From positions 248,001 through 312,000 of the forward strand of contig NMRA01000137.1 of NCBI GenBank assembly GCA_002633005.1: DNA of 64,000 nt, in the 5' to 3' direction. This DNA is from Phoronis australis (Eukaryota; Animalia; Phoronida). How positions within the stretch are numbered: position 1 is the first letter of the stretch; each line of letters begins with the position of its first letter. Under the pieces are notes generated by a model. That model ran no database searches. It was not told the DNA's origin and worked only from the letters and a program-made list of their open reading frames with translations. Shown in pieces: positions 52,251 through 64,000 of this stretch. A program made the translations under genes and the position numbers.

Positions 52251-54369
52251 CACATGTATTGCTTACTTATAACAGCGGTCCATTTATTTCATTCCGTGGC
52301 TCACCCGACGACTGAAACACGTTCACTTGTAGAAGCTCGTGCGAAATGTATTAATCCATTTTGATCGAATTAGAGTTTAAGTGGTGTAGGTTTGAAGCGG
52401 TTTTGGTGGTTCAAATCAAATTCAATTTCTTGACAGTATCACATAAAAAGCACGCGAGTCTCTAGCACGAAAGATTAAAATAAATATAGATTACTACATG
52501 ACGAAGTCGTTATTTCCGTAATCTAGAGCCCGAATGGATTTTGGAGAATTATCGCCCCAGGGCGAATTGCAATGTCGTTTTTATTAAAATTGTGCGTCTT
52601 ATTTTTCATAGCGTATAAATGTCGCTACAATTTCGTTTGTTGAACATGCGATTATTGCGCGTGCTCATTTAAAGACAGCCTCCAGTGGCTAAAACACGTA
52701 CTTTTTGACACCAGAAATGCAAGTATTGTTCATAAAAGGTATTGTTTTAGCTTCTTACATACCACGGAAAGAAGTTAATTGCAACGCACATTACCCCGCT
52801 CATAATTCGTAGCCCCTTCGAGCGCCCCAGAAAAAATCTCAAGCAATCAGCGTAAAGAGGTTCATATGACATCATCGTTGCCACGAACTTACTCGGAACC
52901 CACACTGCGTAGCCACACTGCGTAACACTGAGTGCCATTTCTTGGACGTTCTGTACTTGTCGATCTCGGGTGTAGCAATGTCAGTGGCAACGGCATACAT
53001 AAGCACAACTAGTTCCCCACCGATCCCGTCGTGTGTCGTGCGAGGAATAGATTCGTATCCACGACGAGGACTGGCTACAAAATTCCCGATCAGCAAGATC
53101 TGTTCTAGACTAGGGGCAAAGCTGTATACAAACTCTACAGCTTTCCGCCGATGTGGATAAAAATGACTAAATGAAATCTGACTCAGAAGTAGTGTCATTA
53201 AAAGCTGCACCAAATTATTTACTAGTGTTGGAAAAATTATCATTCTACCGCTCATCTACTGCTAAAATTGAATTGCGCTCTTTCGGCGATTGCGTCACCT
53301 GACCTGAACAGTTTCTTTTCCCCCCGGTTTATTTTTATATCAACTGTTCTTTGCTGCCACGAGCTTGCGCACAGTCACAACAAATTGTCGGAAGTTCCGG
53401 CCCAGCGTATAGGGAAACCGGCTCAAATCGGAATATTTTGCCTGATTTGGGTCAATCTCGTAGGCCTAACGGAATTCTGATACTGGTATGTTTTCATGCA
53501 ATCCAGACTTTATTTCGTAGTTTTAATTTATTACAGACACTCACAACATTGGGTTGCTATTAAATTTTCAATGACGAGTCAAAATTGCAGCGATTACGAT
53601 TCAAAGCGAATTATTTTAAAACTTGAATTTCTAATATAATATTTTCAATTAATTAGAATATAATTGCTTTGTACAAAAAGATCAAGCTGATATGTATTGT
53701 AACGTTTCCAAGTATTTTGCACCAAATTAAACGGCCTATTGTCGCTCATTCCAACACGGGACACACACTCGACAGCGGCCCGTATCGGCGGAATCGCGCA
53801 GCGTTCACACCTTCGGCTTCAAGAAGACATGAATGCAAAGTTCCTAACATCCAAATTTTTGTATCACTCAAATAACACTTTATAATAAACATTTTGAAAT
53901 TGCGAAGCGTTTTGTTTTTCCTGCTGTTTCGGCGACCCCAATCACACTTCCGGGGATTCCCATGCGGCCCGTATTAGAATGTGTGCTAAATAATTGAATG
54001 AAAAATTCTAAAGGTAATGATTTTATTCAATTTTAATATTAATTGACATGAAATGATCAATTAAAATGTTTCCTTGATTTTCCACGTATTTTGCACTGTA
54101 TTAAACGGCCAGTCATCGCTGATTCCAATACATGGAGACACGGTGAAAGCTGAAATTCGTAGTAACGGTGATGTCATAGACTTCGATTAGTGCAAGCGCC
54201 AGCTCAAGTTTTTTGGCGCTAAATGGGGTTCGTGACGGGCTACCGTATTGTCAAAGGCATGTTTAATTAACGACTGGGGTATGCCATGACACAGTATTTT
54301 GGTGTTTTTCATTAATGAATGTATTTTAGATGTAAAAATAGTTATTTTGGCACCATATTAGGCCTTTAA

Positions 54370-55637
54370 AGGCGAAGACAACCATTTTTCATATCATTTT
54401 TAGCAAAACTAGGGTTCGTTGATTATCCCAGACATATTTTTCACTTATTTACAGCTTTTCGTAGTTTAATTAACTACTCGTCGTCTACTCCGGAAGTGAC
54501 GTTTTGGGAGGCAAGAATTTCGCGCCAATTTCTTTTCATACAGTCTGACTGTGAGAGCAGTCAAGTCAGTCATTGTTCTACCTCGGTTGTGATAAGTTCG
54601 GTCGTCGTTTATTTTGTTTACGAGTCAGTCAACATGCCACGCTGTTGCTGCCTACCGAGATGTACTCAATATCGTCTAACGTACAGAGGAAGAACTGTCC
54701 CACTTGCCCGAGGTTCCCGGGACACACTCCCAGTGGATGGTGACTTGAGCACCCAAACTGCTTACATCCCGCCGTGCGACTCCCTCGTCACACACGTGGC
54801 ACCTCCTAAATAGCTCCAATACAAGTCCACAATAAACTTATCAAACTTAGGCTCTGTTCATTGGATTACGAACTGTCCTTTTCACTGGGTGTCAAACTGG
54901 GCCTGTATTCACTCCCACTACTCAACATCGCTGCAGGCTGTTTACAGGCTCTGGGCTAGAGACAACAGCACACTGCTAGTTCCTGGAATTGCACTCTATG
55001 GGGGTACGTTCGGAGGCATGGGTGACAGTAGATGAAGTGCCTCCAGTCACTGTATATAGTGGCCACAGCTCGCGAGGCTTCTCGCTTCAAAAATGCACTT
55101 CTCGGGGGTGGCGACGGGGCACTGCCGTGAATCAACAGCGACGGTATGGAACCCTTCTTCAGGCGTTGTTTCACAAGGACCTTCGTCAATTCAGCGTACA
55201 TATCCCTGTCGTAATATGACGGTTGAAAATGCTTGCGTAGCGCTGCGTTCTTCACACGAACGAGCTGGCCAAGTACGGCGAAGTTGTCATCCTTCGGAAA
55301 GCGATGCAAGGTACCCAAAGCGCACGTGAGACGATAATGAGTGCATCCTGGTACGCAGCAACAGCGTGGCATGTTGACTGACTCGTTAATAAAAGCAAAC
55401 GACGACCAAACTTATCACATCCGAGGTAGAACAATGACTGACTTGACAGCTCTCACAGTCTGATTGAATGAAAAGAAATTGGCGCGAAATTCTTGCCTCC
55501 GAAAACGTCACTTCCGTAGTAGAGGACGAGAAATTAATTAAATTACGAAAAGCTGTAATTAAGTGAAAAATATGTTTGGGATAATCAACAGACCTTATTC
55601 ACGCTAAAAATGGCATGAAAAAAGGTTGCCTTCGCCT
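54370..55637 (-). mobile_element. Kolobok derivative, family 2, with ~310-bp inverted arms
   Basis: TTAA|AGGCGAAGACAACC ... GGTTGCCTTCGCCT|TTAA. Arms ~54370-54682 and ~55324-55637 are inverted homologues. Confidence 0.88.
54690..55372 (-). pseudogene. 5' part of a Kolobok transposase: THAP domain plus CxxC...CxxG..W region, truncated before the DDE core
   Basis: MPRCCCVPGC..LHRFPKDD..KHFQPSYY..RLKKGSIPSL (THAP), then after frameshifts 'DKFIVD' and 'LELFRRCHVCDEGVARRDVSSLGAQVTIHWECVPGTSGKWDSS'. Confidence 0.75.
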
Positions 55638-55673
55638 TTAAGTATTCTATTTTCACGTTCGATGACGTCAGCT

Positions 55674-55743
55674 GCTGAGTGACGCAGTGGTTAAGTCGAC
55701 GACTTGAAACTCTTACCAAGCCGGGTTCGAAACCGGCCTCAGT
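55674..55743 (+). pseudogene. tRNA-derived sequence (tRNA-Ser(TGA)-like pseudogene or SINE head)
   Basis: A-box TGACGCAGTGG, B-box GGTTCGAAACC within a gccgg/ccggc stem, gctgag/ctcagt outer pairing, and a 'gacttgaaa' loop as in tRNA-Ser(TGA). The anticodon stem and variable arm do not fold properly. Confidence 0.55.
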
Positions 55744-56592
55744 TTCCCGCCAAAATGTTATTCAACGCGCTTTCAATAACTAAATGGGTTATTTAACGGT
55801 TGTATTGGTTAGGTCAGACTGATAATGTGGTACAAAAAATAAGACGAATGCATGGGAAGATATTTCTGGCGTCATTTTATTCGTTTGTATGTTATGTCTT
55901 GTTTTACTGCTGCGATCTCCAGGGTAGACATGCCTGATAGGTATCGAGCTGCACGTTGAAAATGTTCATGTGAAATCTGTTAAAGTTGCATTAGTACAAA
56001 GTTATACTGCTGAAACTGTGTTTTGCTGACGCAGGTTACATGTATTGCACATTTTGAAGCTTTAATTTTTGTAACTATTAAGTTTGATGCTGATCATCCA
56101 CTACTACGGTGCAGTCTAGCTTCCATTAAGACAGATTGCCTTATCGATTGGATGTTCGCACTGAATCCCATGTTTCTTATTAGTTTCATTACAGTTGTTT
56201 TTGCCGTCTTTGTCACGAGCGCTATCGTCCTCGCAATCTTCATTTCCCATTTTATTCAGTGTAATGATTTGCGACCTGATTAAATTAATGATGTACAAAT
56301 CTTATGTCAAAAATTCATCTCGTCGCCTGCACTACCGTCAATGTCGTTGTCGTCAGAGTAGTCATTTACGTCAATGTCAGCAACGGCTCCGATCGGCTCC
56401 GGTCTTCGTCGTATACATGTCTATGAAATGTCGCTGGCGTCGTCATCCTAGGTAACAACCTCTCCGTCATTGCTGTAGTCGCTTTCAAACTGTTATGCTT
56501 GTATTTTTCATTAAACCTTGCAACTTGCTTCGTCCGACACTGCCGTTTTCATTATCTGGGTGGTTATCAGACTTCGCACGTATGTGTTATCA

Positions 56593-57550
56593 CAGTGGCG
56601 GATCTAGGATATCACAAGGGGGGGCCCAACATTTTGTTCGGCTGTAAACATTTGCGCAAACTAAACCACGATTGTGGATACGCATACCACCGAATGGGGG
56701 GAGGTCGGGAGGGGGGTTTGCCCCCTCCCGCCCAGGAAATTTTTCTGTTTTTACCTCTAAAAATCAAGCATTTTCCTTGATTCCTGAAGTATTATCCGAG
56801 ACAAAAAGGCAAAAAAAAAAAACACGCAGAACGTGTCAAACAGGAAAAACTACGAGAAGCAAAGACTCGAACTCACGACCTTAAGCATAGCGCGCGGGTG
56901 CGTTACCTCTACACCACCACGAATTAACTACTCTTTACGTACTAAGAGACCTACTTGTTTATGGTCCACAGCGTTTGCACGCGAAACCTACTTTTTATAA
57001 TGCTTATTAGACGTTTTGTGCCATCGATTCTTAACAAGTTTGTCGTATTTAAAATAGTCTTCAAATACCCAAAAGACCAAATCCGTTTTTCGTGTTGGCA
57101 ATAATGACGGAATTGCTTTGGAAATCGTCTTAACATAAGGTTTGACAAAGAGAGTATTGCGAGTGATTCACTAAGGCTTCGATTAAAATTCACATCTTAC
57201 CAGCAGCTTCTGTTCTTTCATCGTCACTTAGGTTCGATTTTCTTTAAAAAATGAAGTAAATTTTCTTCATTTCACAGTGNCTGCCGGTCGCCTGGGATAT
57301 CGTGGGAGAGCCTATACTTAGCCATAGTCCCGTTACGAATGCGCCGTGTTCCGAATTTGACACTTGAAATTGGATTTGAGCCCCCCCCCCCCTCCCCCCA
57401 ACACTAAAACTGCACACATTTAAATCTTTTTTCATCCGTATAATTTTAATTACCTTGATTAATTCATAAACTCTTATTGTTTTATTTTTTGCGGCAGCCA
57501 AGGGGGGGGGGGGCCCGGGCCCCCTGGGCCCCCCCCTAAATCCGCCTATG
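56593..57550. mobile_element. CAGTGGCGGA-type MITE expanded by nested insertions
   Basis: Termini CAGTGGCGGATCTAGG / CCTAAATCCGCCTATG with exact flanks tatca/tatca. About 700 bp longer than its relative at 17571-17813. Confidence 0.78.
56855..56925 (-). mobile_element. tRNA-derived SINE-like head
   Basis: Minus strand: TGGTGTAGAGGTAACGC (A-box-like) ... GGTCGTGAGTTCGAGTCT (B-box-like). Confidence 0.55.
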
Positions 57551-57916
57551 TATCAGGCACAGAGGAATTCTGTTTGAACACGGGAATCCACCAGCAGAGG
57601 ATACAGGTGCTTCACTCTACCGAGTTAAGCAGCGTCCATGTTTATTAGACGGCACCAAGGCCAAATTCTTAAATTTGTTAATACTGGTTACTGCAAATTC
57701 ATGTTTGAAAATACTTTGGCAAAATGGAGAAGTTAGACAATAATAATTTCGCATAAGTCTTTATTCAAGTATCTTCAAACCAGCACGAGCTGTACAGTTG
57801 ACTTGAGTAAACTTAATATTCTCGAGTTGAGAAACTCAGCACCATCGTGTAAGATTAATTAACAACAATTCACAAACAAAAACAACAATAACAACAAAAA
57901 CAATAAGTACAACAAC

Positions 57917-58191
57917 CAGTGCCTGATTTACATTTTGGAGGCCAGGGGGATATTCACGCTCGGGGGACCCCTCACTTAATACCCCAGGGATCTTTTTTAC
58001 GCAGTGAGCCACAGGACCCTCTCAGGAAAAGAGGTTCCTTGGAACATTAGTCCCCCTGATGTAGGAGGCCCTTTCGTCATGGTGAGGCTCTTTGGAAATC
58101 TTATTTTTCAGTGACTTTTTAATATTTCATTCAAAGGGCACCCTTTAGAAGGGGGACCCGGGGCAATTGCCCCCCTTTAAATCCGGCACTG
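57917..58191. mobile_element. CAGTGCC-type MITE in the presumptive GPCR 3' UTR
   Basis: Termini CAGTGCCTGATTTA / TAAATCCGGCACTG; flanks acaac/ataac. Confidence 0.78.
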
Positions 58192-58219
58192 ATAACAACG
58201 GAAACAAATAACGAGTTCA

Positions 58220-59461
58220 TCAAAAATATTCTGTATTTAATGACGATGAATGTGGACTTGGAACTGTGACAGAGCAGGGATCAGATACGCTATCACTTAT
58301 TGTCGGCAACGGTATTGCCTTCGTTTCTCTTGGCTCCACCTGTTGTGCACTGAGGGAACTGGTTCTTTCCAAAAACTGCAAGAAGTTTTCGCATTCTCCC
58401 GGCCCCATTTCATCCTCTTCAAATTCCGCCTCTCTTTTCAAACAAGCGCAACACAACACATGGACAAGGACGCCAGAAATGTCCTCCCGTATAGACTTGT
58501 TCATCCAACCGTAAATGATCGGATTGACTGCAAACGAGGCGTATGCTAGCCAAGTGACCACCGTAACTGTAAAGTGATTGGACATTGCGGGATGTACCAC
58601 CATGACGAGGCCAGTTACAAAATTGGGCACCCAGAGAACGGAGAATGTCCCTGCGACTAAGAGCAGTGTTTTTAAAGCTTTACTGTGAGACGGAATGATT
58701 ACTGATGACACTGGCCGAGAACTATCTTCTTTCAGACTTTGAGCGTCTGTCACGGTCATTCTGCAACGACTGGCAGACGATACATGTCCTAACACCGGGT
58801 GAATTCTACTGGACGCTTTCTTCGCGATGCCAAAAATCAACACGTACATACAAAATAGAATTATTGTCGGAATTACAAATACAAATATTGTTGCAAATAT
58901 TATGCACTGTCGTCCCTGTGATGACAGGTCCATAAAGCATAGACCTCGCGCTTTCGAGAAGGCATACGATCCCCAGCCAACAACAGGAGCCAATGCAAAT
59001 AATGCGCACAGCGACCACACGAGCAGCACGGCGACTGCTGTGCGTGAAGGGGTCACGAGGGTCGCGTGTTTCATTGGAAAAGCTATAGAAATGAACCTCT
59101 CAACACTGATGGCGCACGTGCTTGAAATGGAAACGGAGCAAAACAAGGCTGTCAAAAATCCGCTCAGTTCACATGTTCTATGGCTGAAAATCCACGTCCC
59201 TTGCACATGAGACAGCGCCGTGATGGGACAAATCGCACAGCTTGCCAGTAGGTCTGTAACGCTTAAGTTGATCACCAGCGTGAAAGATGGGTTCTTTCGA
59301 TGATGTTGGGCTCGCAGAATAACATACAACACGCACATGTTTCCGAAGATGGACGCCAAGCTGACAATTCCGAGGTAACAAACTGCTATCACATTTGTCG
59401 ACAGATGTGCATAACTCCCCACCTCGTTCTGACTGTGATTGCGGAAGTGTGTCCCAATCAT
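58220..59461 (-). CDS. Class A (rhodopsin-like) GPCR, GPR61/GPR62-like orphan receptor, 413 aa from the first ATG
   Basis: Seven hydrophobic segments with GN (TM1), NLSVTDL (TM2), W..C (ECL1/TM3), ERF (TM3), W..P (TM4), IP..Y (TM5), LWVP (TM6) and NPIIY (TM7). N-terminal NHS sequon. 'VVTWLAY..F..NP..YG.MN..IR' and the C-tail 'ENFLQFL' recall GPR61. An acceptor ttcccgtctttgcAG at 59481-59480 implies an upstream exon. Confidence 0.95.
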   Translation of the reverse strand: MIGTHFRNHSQNEVGSYAHLSTNVIAVCYLGIVSLASIFGNMCVLYVILRAQHHRKNPSFTLVINLSVTDLLASCAICPITALSHVQGTWIFSHRTCELSGFLTALFCSVSISSTCAISVERFISIAFPMKHATLVTPSRTAVAVLLVWSLCALFALAPVVGWGSYAFSKARGLCFMDLSSQGRQCIIFATIFVFVIPTIILFCMYVLIFGIAKKASSRIHPVLGHVSSASRCRMTVTDAQSLKEDSSRPVSSVIIPSHSKALKTLLLVAGTFSVLWVPNFVTGLVMVVHPAMSNHFTVTVVTWLAYASFAVNPIIYGWMNKSIREDISGVLVHVLCCACLKREAEFEEDEMGPGECENFLQFLERTSSLSAQQVEPRETKAIPLPTISDSVSDPCSVTVPSPHSSSLNTEYF

Positions 59462-60623
59462 TTCAATTCTTTCAGCAATCTGCAAAGACGGGAAAGACTA
59501 CAGTTTTTGCACGATCTATACTAATACGATGACGTTACAAATCACTTTGAATTGTTTACACCGTTGTGTCTTGTTGAATATGAATTTATCCTACGCACTA
59601 CTATAGCAGAACTTAGCCCGAAGAGCTTGCAAAACTTGTAGGGACACACGAGCTCGCCTTGGTTGTTCTGTTATTTTAATTACACCATTCATCGGTTACC
59701 GCTTTGGTTTATTCTGTTTTGTCTTCTGTTCTCAAACACGCTATTGCTTCTCACGTAAACGTGATTTCTGGCACATCTGCCGCATTAGATACGTTCTCGC
59801 TTGCGTCTATGCTCTTTGCATTTATGACCAAACGGGTCAAATTAAATTATTCATCGACGTCTTGAGTAATAACTTTCCCAATTTTCCCAAGCTAAGGGAT
59901 CACTTCCGATTTGAGCAAGGAACAAGTGGAGACCAGCTTTATAAAGGCAGGAAATATCAATCAAAACTTAGTTGTTTTGAGAGAAGGCGGATTTGTAACA
60001 GTTTAATATACAACTTGCTGTAAAAATGCAACTCCAGTTTAAAATACAAGATCAGTCCAATACGACCTATTTCGCAAACGCAGTTAAGATCGACATAGTA
60101 AGAACTTAAGAAGTGACGTTTACTTAGTTGTATCGTCCTGCTAGCGTTAAATTTGCCCAAGCATGTCGACTTGGCAATTTGCATAAAACGATTTTCCACT
60201 TAAAATCAAACTGCAGGAGTATACTGGTTAACCCCATCAACCTACAGTGCCACTTGCAAGCTATGCTCAAGTCTATTAAATGCAACCGACTAACACTAGG
60301 TAACTGCATGAATTTCAAACATATAAATAACACAAAATTGGCCATTAAAGTAAATGAACGCTCACCGATGTCACTTTGATGTAAAAATGTCAAATTCTAG
60401 TACTTAATAGCTGCGCGACTGTTTTTTTTTGTTATTATTTAAACCATTAGTATCGAATTTTCAAAACGCGCTGGAAAATGGCTATATGATATACTGCGTC
60501 GCAATTCCGGAGAAAAACGGGGAGATTAGAAGACTTTATTCACTTGGGACCAAAAGCTAATCAGGTGAATAGTAAAGTGGGCCCAACTATGTGGCCTAAA
60601 CTCGCTTGATGCACCGCAGAAGG

Positions 60624-60784
60624 CAATGGTGGATTTAAAGAGGGGCCAAGAGTGCCATGCCCCCTTAAAACTCTCCCAGATTCAATTTGGCAATTCGGGG
60701 GTGCAAATGTCTGACGGTCAAAATCTTGGCTAATACTCTGACCTTCCCCCCACCCCCTTAACTAAAATCCTTGTTCCGCCCTTG
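60624..60784. mobile_element. CAGTGGCGGA-type MITE (same family as 4593-4749)
   Basis: CAATGGTGGATTTA ... TTGTTCCGCCCTTG; internal sequence colinear with 4593-4749. Confidence 0.75.
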
Positions 60785-62359
60785 GACGACACCAGGACAC
60801 CTGGCATTTTTACTGCGTCACAAGAAGACAACAATGTGTTAGATCGTAGCGGCTGTATTTAACACTGCATTTTCGATATCGGACCAGTCGAAACGCATTC
60901 CTCCGAGCGCAGTCGATGGAACTAGTGTTCTTCGACTTTCCAAGTCAAGTGTCAAAGTTATTCCATTCACCCGCGGCACACATTCATCCAATATGCTTTA
61001 ATGCGCACAGTCTAATTGATTTGATATGTATGCCAGTGACGCACAATTAGTTGCGTCGGTCATGGACAAAAGGAGGAAATTCGTCTCATTTAATTTCACT
61101 CTGTCGACTACTGAACTTAAACGTTAAATTTATGATTTGTCTTGATGATATAGTTCCACTTATCAGTGTCAAATTGTTTAAATTCATGGAGGCTTCAAAC
61201 CTTCAGCACCGTTCACGCTAAATCAACTTCGCTTGATGCCGTACCGAAAAACGCACATCTACAGTCGACCACTCCATCGTTGTCTTGCTGTGACGTAGTA
61301 GCTCACGTAACGTACTTCAACGCGTTTAGGTGCGACCACGAGGGTAGCAGCTTCGATTCCATGTAGAGGCTCATATCAGAATAATGTCCATTTAAAATGT
61401 ATGCAACTTCTCAATTAAAACCAAGCCTTGCAGGCTTACTTCCTGCACACGAGTTTGAAAAATGTCTAAGGTAACCAGCAAAGAGTCATGCCACAGTCAG
61501 AGAATTATCAATCATACACTAAGTGTCTTCTTATAAAAAATTGATTGATTACACCACGCTTCATTCCTGATGTTTTAAAAACAATCGGCGATACAAAGAG
61601 GATGCAGAAATATCACTCGACATAAAAAATCATCAGCAACCACGTGACGTGTTCTAGCTCAGATGTAAGCTTGCCGGCAAAATCATCTCTAGAAACAAGA
61701 AAACTAAAGCTAAAAAGTGCAGCATTGTTCAACTGTACACTAGTCTGTACAGAATGCCTCAATGTGTTTTTCATTGCATTTACATGTAGATGTACCATTT
61801 TCTATCTTCTCAATCTTGTTTTGATTGCAACTGCATGTACTTGATGTCCGCGCACTCTGAAAGACCAGTGCTCTGTACATGTACATAATCGAATAACAAA
61901 GAATAAACAGGATAGAGTTTAATAACTGTCTCGTGACGAGGAAACTACCCAAAATTACTTCCGCTCATTGACAATACATGGCAATATCTCGTGAAATATC
62001 GCGACATCTTTCTTTTCTGACGAGGTACTAGCATTACTGAACTCGACCCAGTCCTCGTCCACAGTTTCGATCTGAGCATGCGTAGCGCTTGCATACTGCT
62101 GTGGTAGAGCACTAAGTGGAGTAAACAAACCAAATTTTACATTGCGGACTACGAAAACAAAGCGGTAAATACAAATTTCTCATAATAGCAGCGACGGAAA
62201 TATCGCTCGATAACACATTTATGCCACCAGTACCTGAATGATGCGGGGTTGTTTGGACAGGGAAAGTTTGGTTAAAATTATTTTTGAAATTGGCTTTTAT
62301 ATCTCAAGGCTCAGCTTCGTCGTTCGGCCGATGCCAGAGTGTGATTGTAACGATATTAA

Positions 62360-64000
62360 AGGAGAATGCCACCCGATTTAATTAGTCTTTTTGCCATCTT
62401 GATCGGTCTATATCCACATCGCCTCGCATACGGTCGACTTCACCTTGCAAAGAGGTGTCGCGTTAACCTGTGAGGAAGGTGAGAAACGACGCTAGCGACG
62501 TCAGTGGTTCATCTGTAGAGTGAATACCGCTATGTTGCGGTGCATCGTGCCGGCTTGTCCGAACTATGCAGCTGCGAGAAAAGCGGGTATATTGTTTTTT
62601 TTTCGACTTCCGAAATGCTTAGGAAGTGGCTCTTGGTAGTGAAGAATGAAAAGTACGCTGTAAATAGCAAGTATGAGGCCGTGAAACATCTCCGTGTCTG
62701 TGGCCTGCAGTCGTCGACAGACGAGTGAGTGTCTGACGAATACCGGCTTACTAAATAATTATCCAATCCATACGTTCCGTTGTCTGATCTTGTTCACGGC
62801 GCCTCTCTAGTATTTCTTCATCACTCTATTCCTGTTCGAATTGATAGCCTGTGAAATTTAAAGATCCACCTGCGAAGTCTTCGTAGGGATCGACTGATGA
62901 GCTCTCGTCTAAGTCGGGATTGCGAGTTGCCATGTTGATGTTTATTACTGAGCGTTCTCTTTCAAAATGAATTATTCTCACCCTAACCAATACTTATATA
63001 AAACTGAAAAAGTCTGCCTCATAAGATGCAATTTGTAATGACTTTGAAGTGTTCGTGAGCGCAAATGACTTGAGAAGCCAGCAACGAATTAAATAACAGC
63101 GTTACCGGCTTTACGTGCAATTTTAAACTAATTGACGGGACACCGGAGGCCGTGTGAGCTCATGCTAATTTAGTGTTTGCTGGCAGAAACTGTTACGAAA
63201 CAACTCAGTCGATTTCCACCCCACGGCCTGGTGTTAGGGGAGTCTTTATTTACATTTACATTATTAAAATAATGATTGCCAAGTTACAACTTCTGCCCTG
63301 ACGGTGCTGTGGCCAAAGCGGAACCTAAATTCGCGGCCCCCGACGAGTAAGTAGATTTGCAGTTTCGTGGGTAATTCACCAACATAATCACGTGCGCATT
63401 ACTTTGGCTCACTTGTATAGTATTTTCTTGACTGGAAGTTTAGTTTCCAACTTTGGCTGATTTATTTTCGTGATGTCTGATCAGTTTCCGAGCCACTGGA
63501 CGGCGATAAAGAGTCAATCCGGCCGGCCGCGACGGGCCTGATCGGGCTCGGAGCCATTGGTCAGGATAACAAGCGTTTTGTGTGTTTAGAACTCAAAAAA
63601 TCACAAGTCTAAACAACATAGATCTGGGTTATTCTGTCTGTATCTCTGGGAAAATTATTTCGAATTTGTCTCCGATCAGACCCCAAACTCCTGCTACGGA
63701 CCTTATTGTCCTGCCGAACTTTGGAGGCTACGGTGTGTCCAAATACCAATAAATTCGTAACAGCGAAATAAAACAACACGTTTTATAAGAACTCGGTGTA
63801 TTTTTAAGGATTTTACATCGAAGTTTTGTGACTTATTGGTGTTAAACGATGAATTCAAGCGATAAGCTGACACCAGTTACCCGTGTTTTGAACTGCTGAA
63901 CAGATTGCGTGCGAAACCAGTTACGTCATTGGATAATTTCAACACCTCCGTCTGCCGTCAGGTGTCAGGTAACGCAACCGTACGTGCCGTTATGGAGTAG
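62360..64000 (+). mobile_element. Non-autonomous Kolobok element, family 1, copy D (runs off the right edge)
   Basis: TTAA|AGGAGAATGCCACCC start; colinear with copy B to the end of the window. Confidence 0.9.

Noticed and set aside
52747-53255. ORFs of 63-127 aa on both strands
   Set aside because: No recognisable domain or clear splice signals; the surroundings look repeat-derived.
55674-55743. Functional tRNA-Ser(TGA) gene
   Set aside because: The anticodon stem does not pair and the long Ser variable arm is missing; kept only as a tRNA-derived sequence.
58250-59524. Plus-strand ORFs overlapping the GPCR
   Set aside because: Antisense shadows of a real coding sequence.
61945-62133. Possible upstream coding exon of the GPCR
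   Set aside because: The best open frame ends in phase 2, whereas the GPCR exon at 59479 begins in phase 0; no homology recognised.

Overview
This is eukaryotic genomic DNA, most likely from a marine invertebrate; the species cannot be determined from the sequence. It is repeat-dense with two host genes, both on the minus strand. (1) The 5' part of a spliced ROCO-family (Roc GTPase) gene, with three phase-compatible exons at 3870-4007, 1219-1364 and 270-340; the gene runs off the left edge. (2) A class A GPCR with an uninterrupted coding exon (58220-59461) resembling GPR61/GPR62. Most of the rest is transposon-derived: a young pol-less LTR element (18059-20473) whose ORF starts with a ComEA-like helix-hairpin-helix motif; four copies of a ~1.65-kb non-autonomous Kolobok family; a fold-back Kolobok derivative (54370-55637); a decayed Academ transposon with TIRs and TSD (25384-28763); two Penelope-like relics; Harbinger-type and IS3EU-like MITEs; tRNA-derived sequences; and about a dozen CA..TG MITEs, mostly with 5-bp target duplications. 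All family assignments come from reading motifs by eye; no database search was run.
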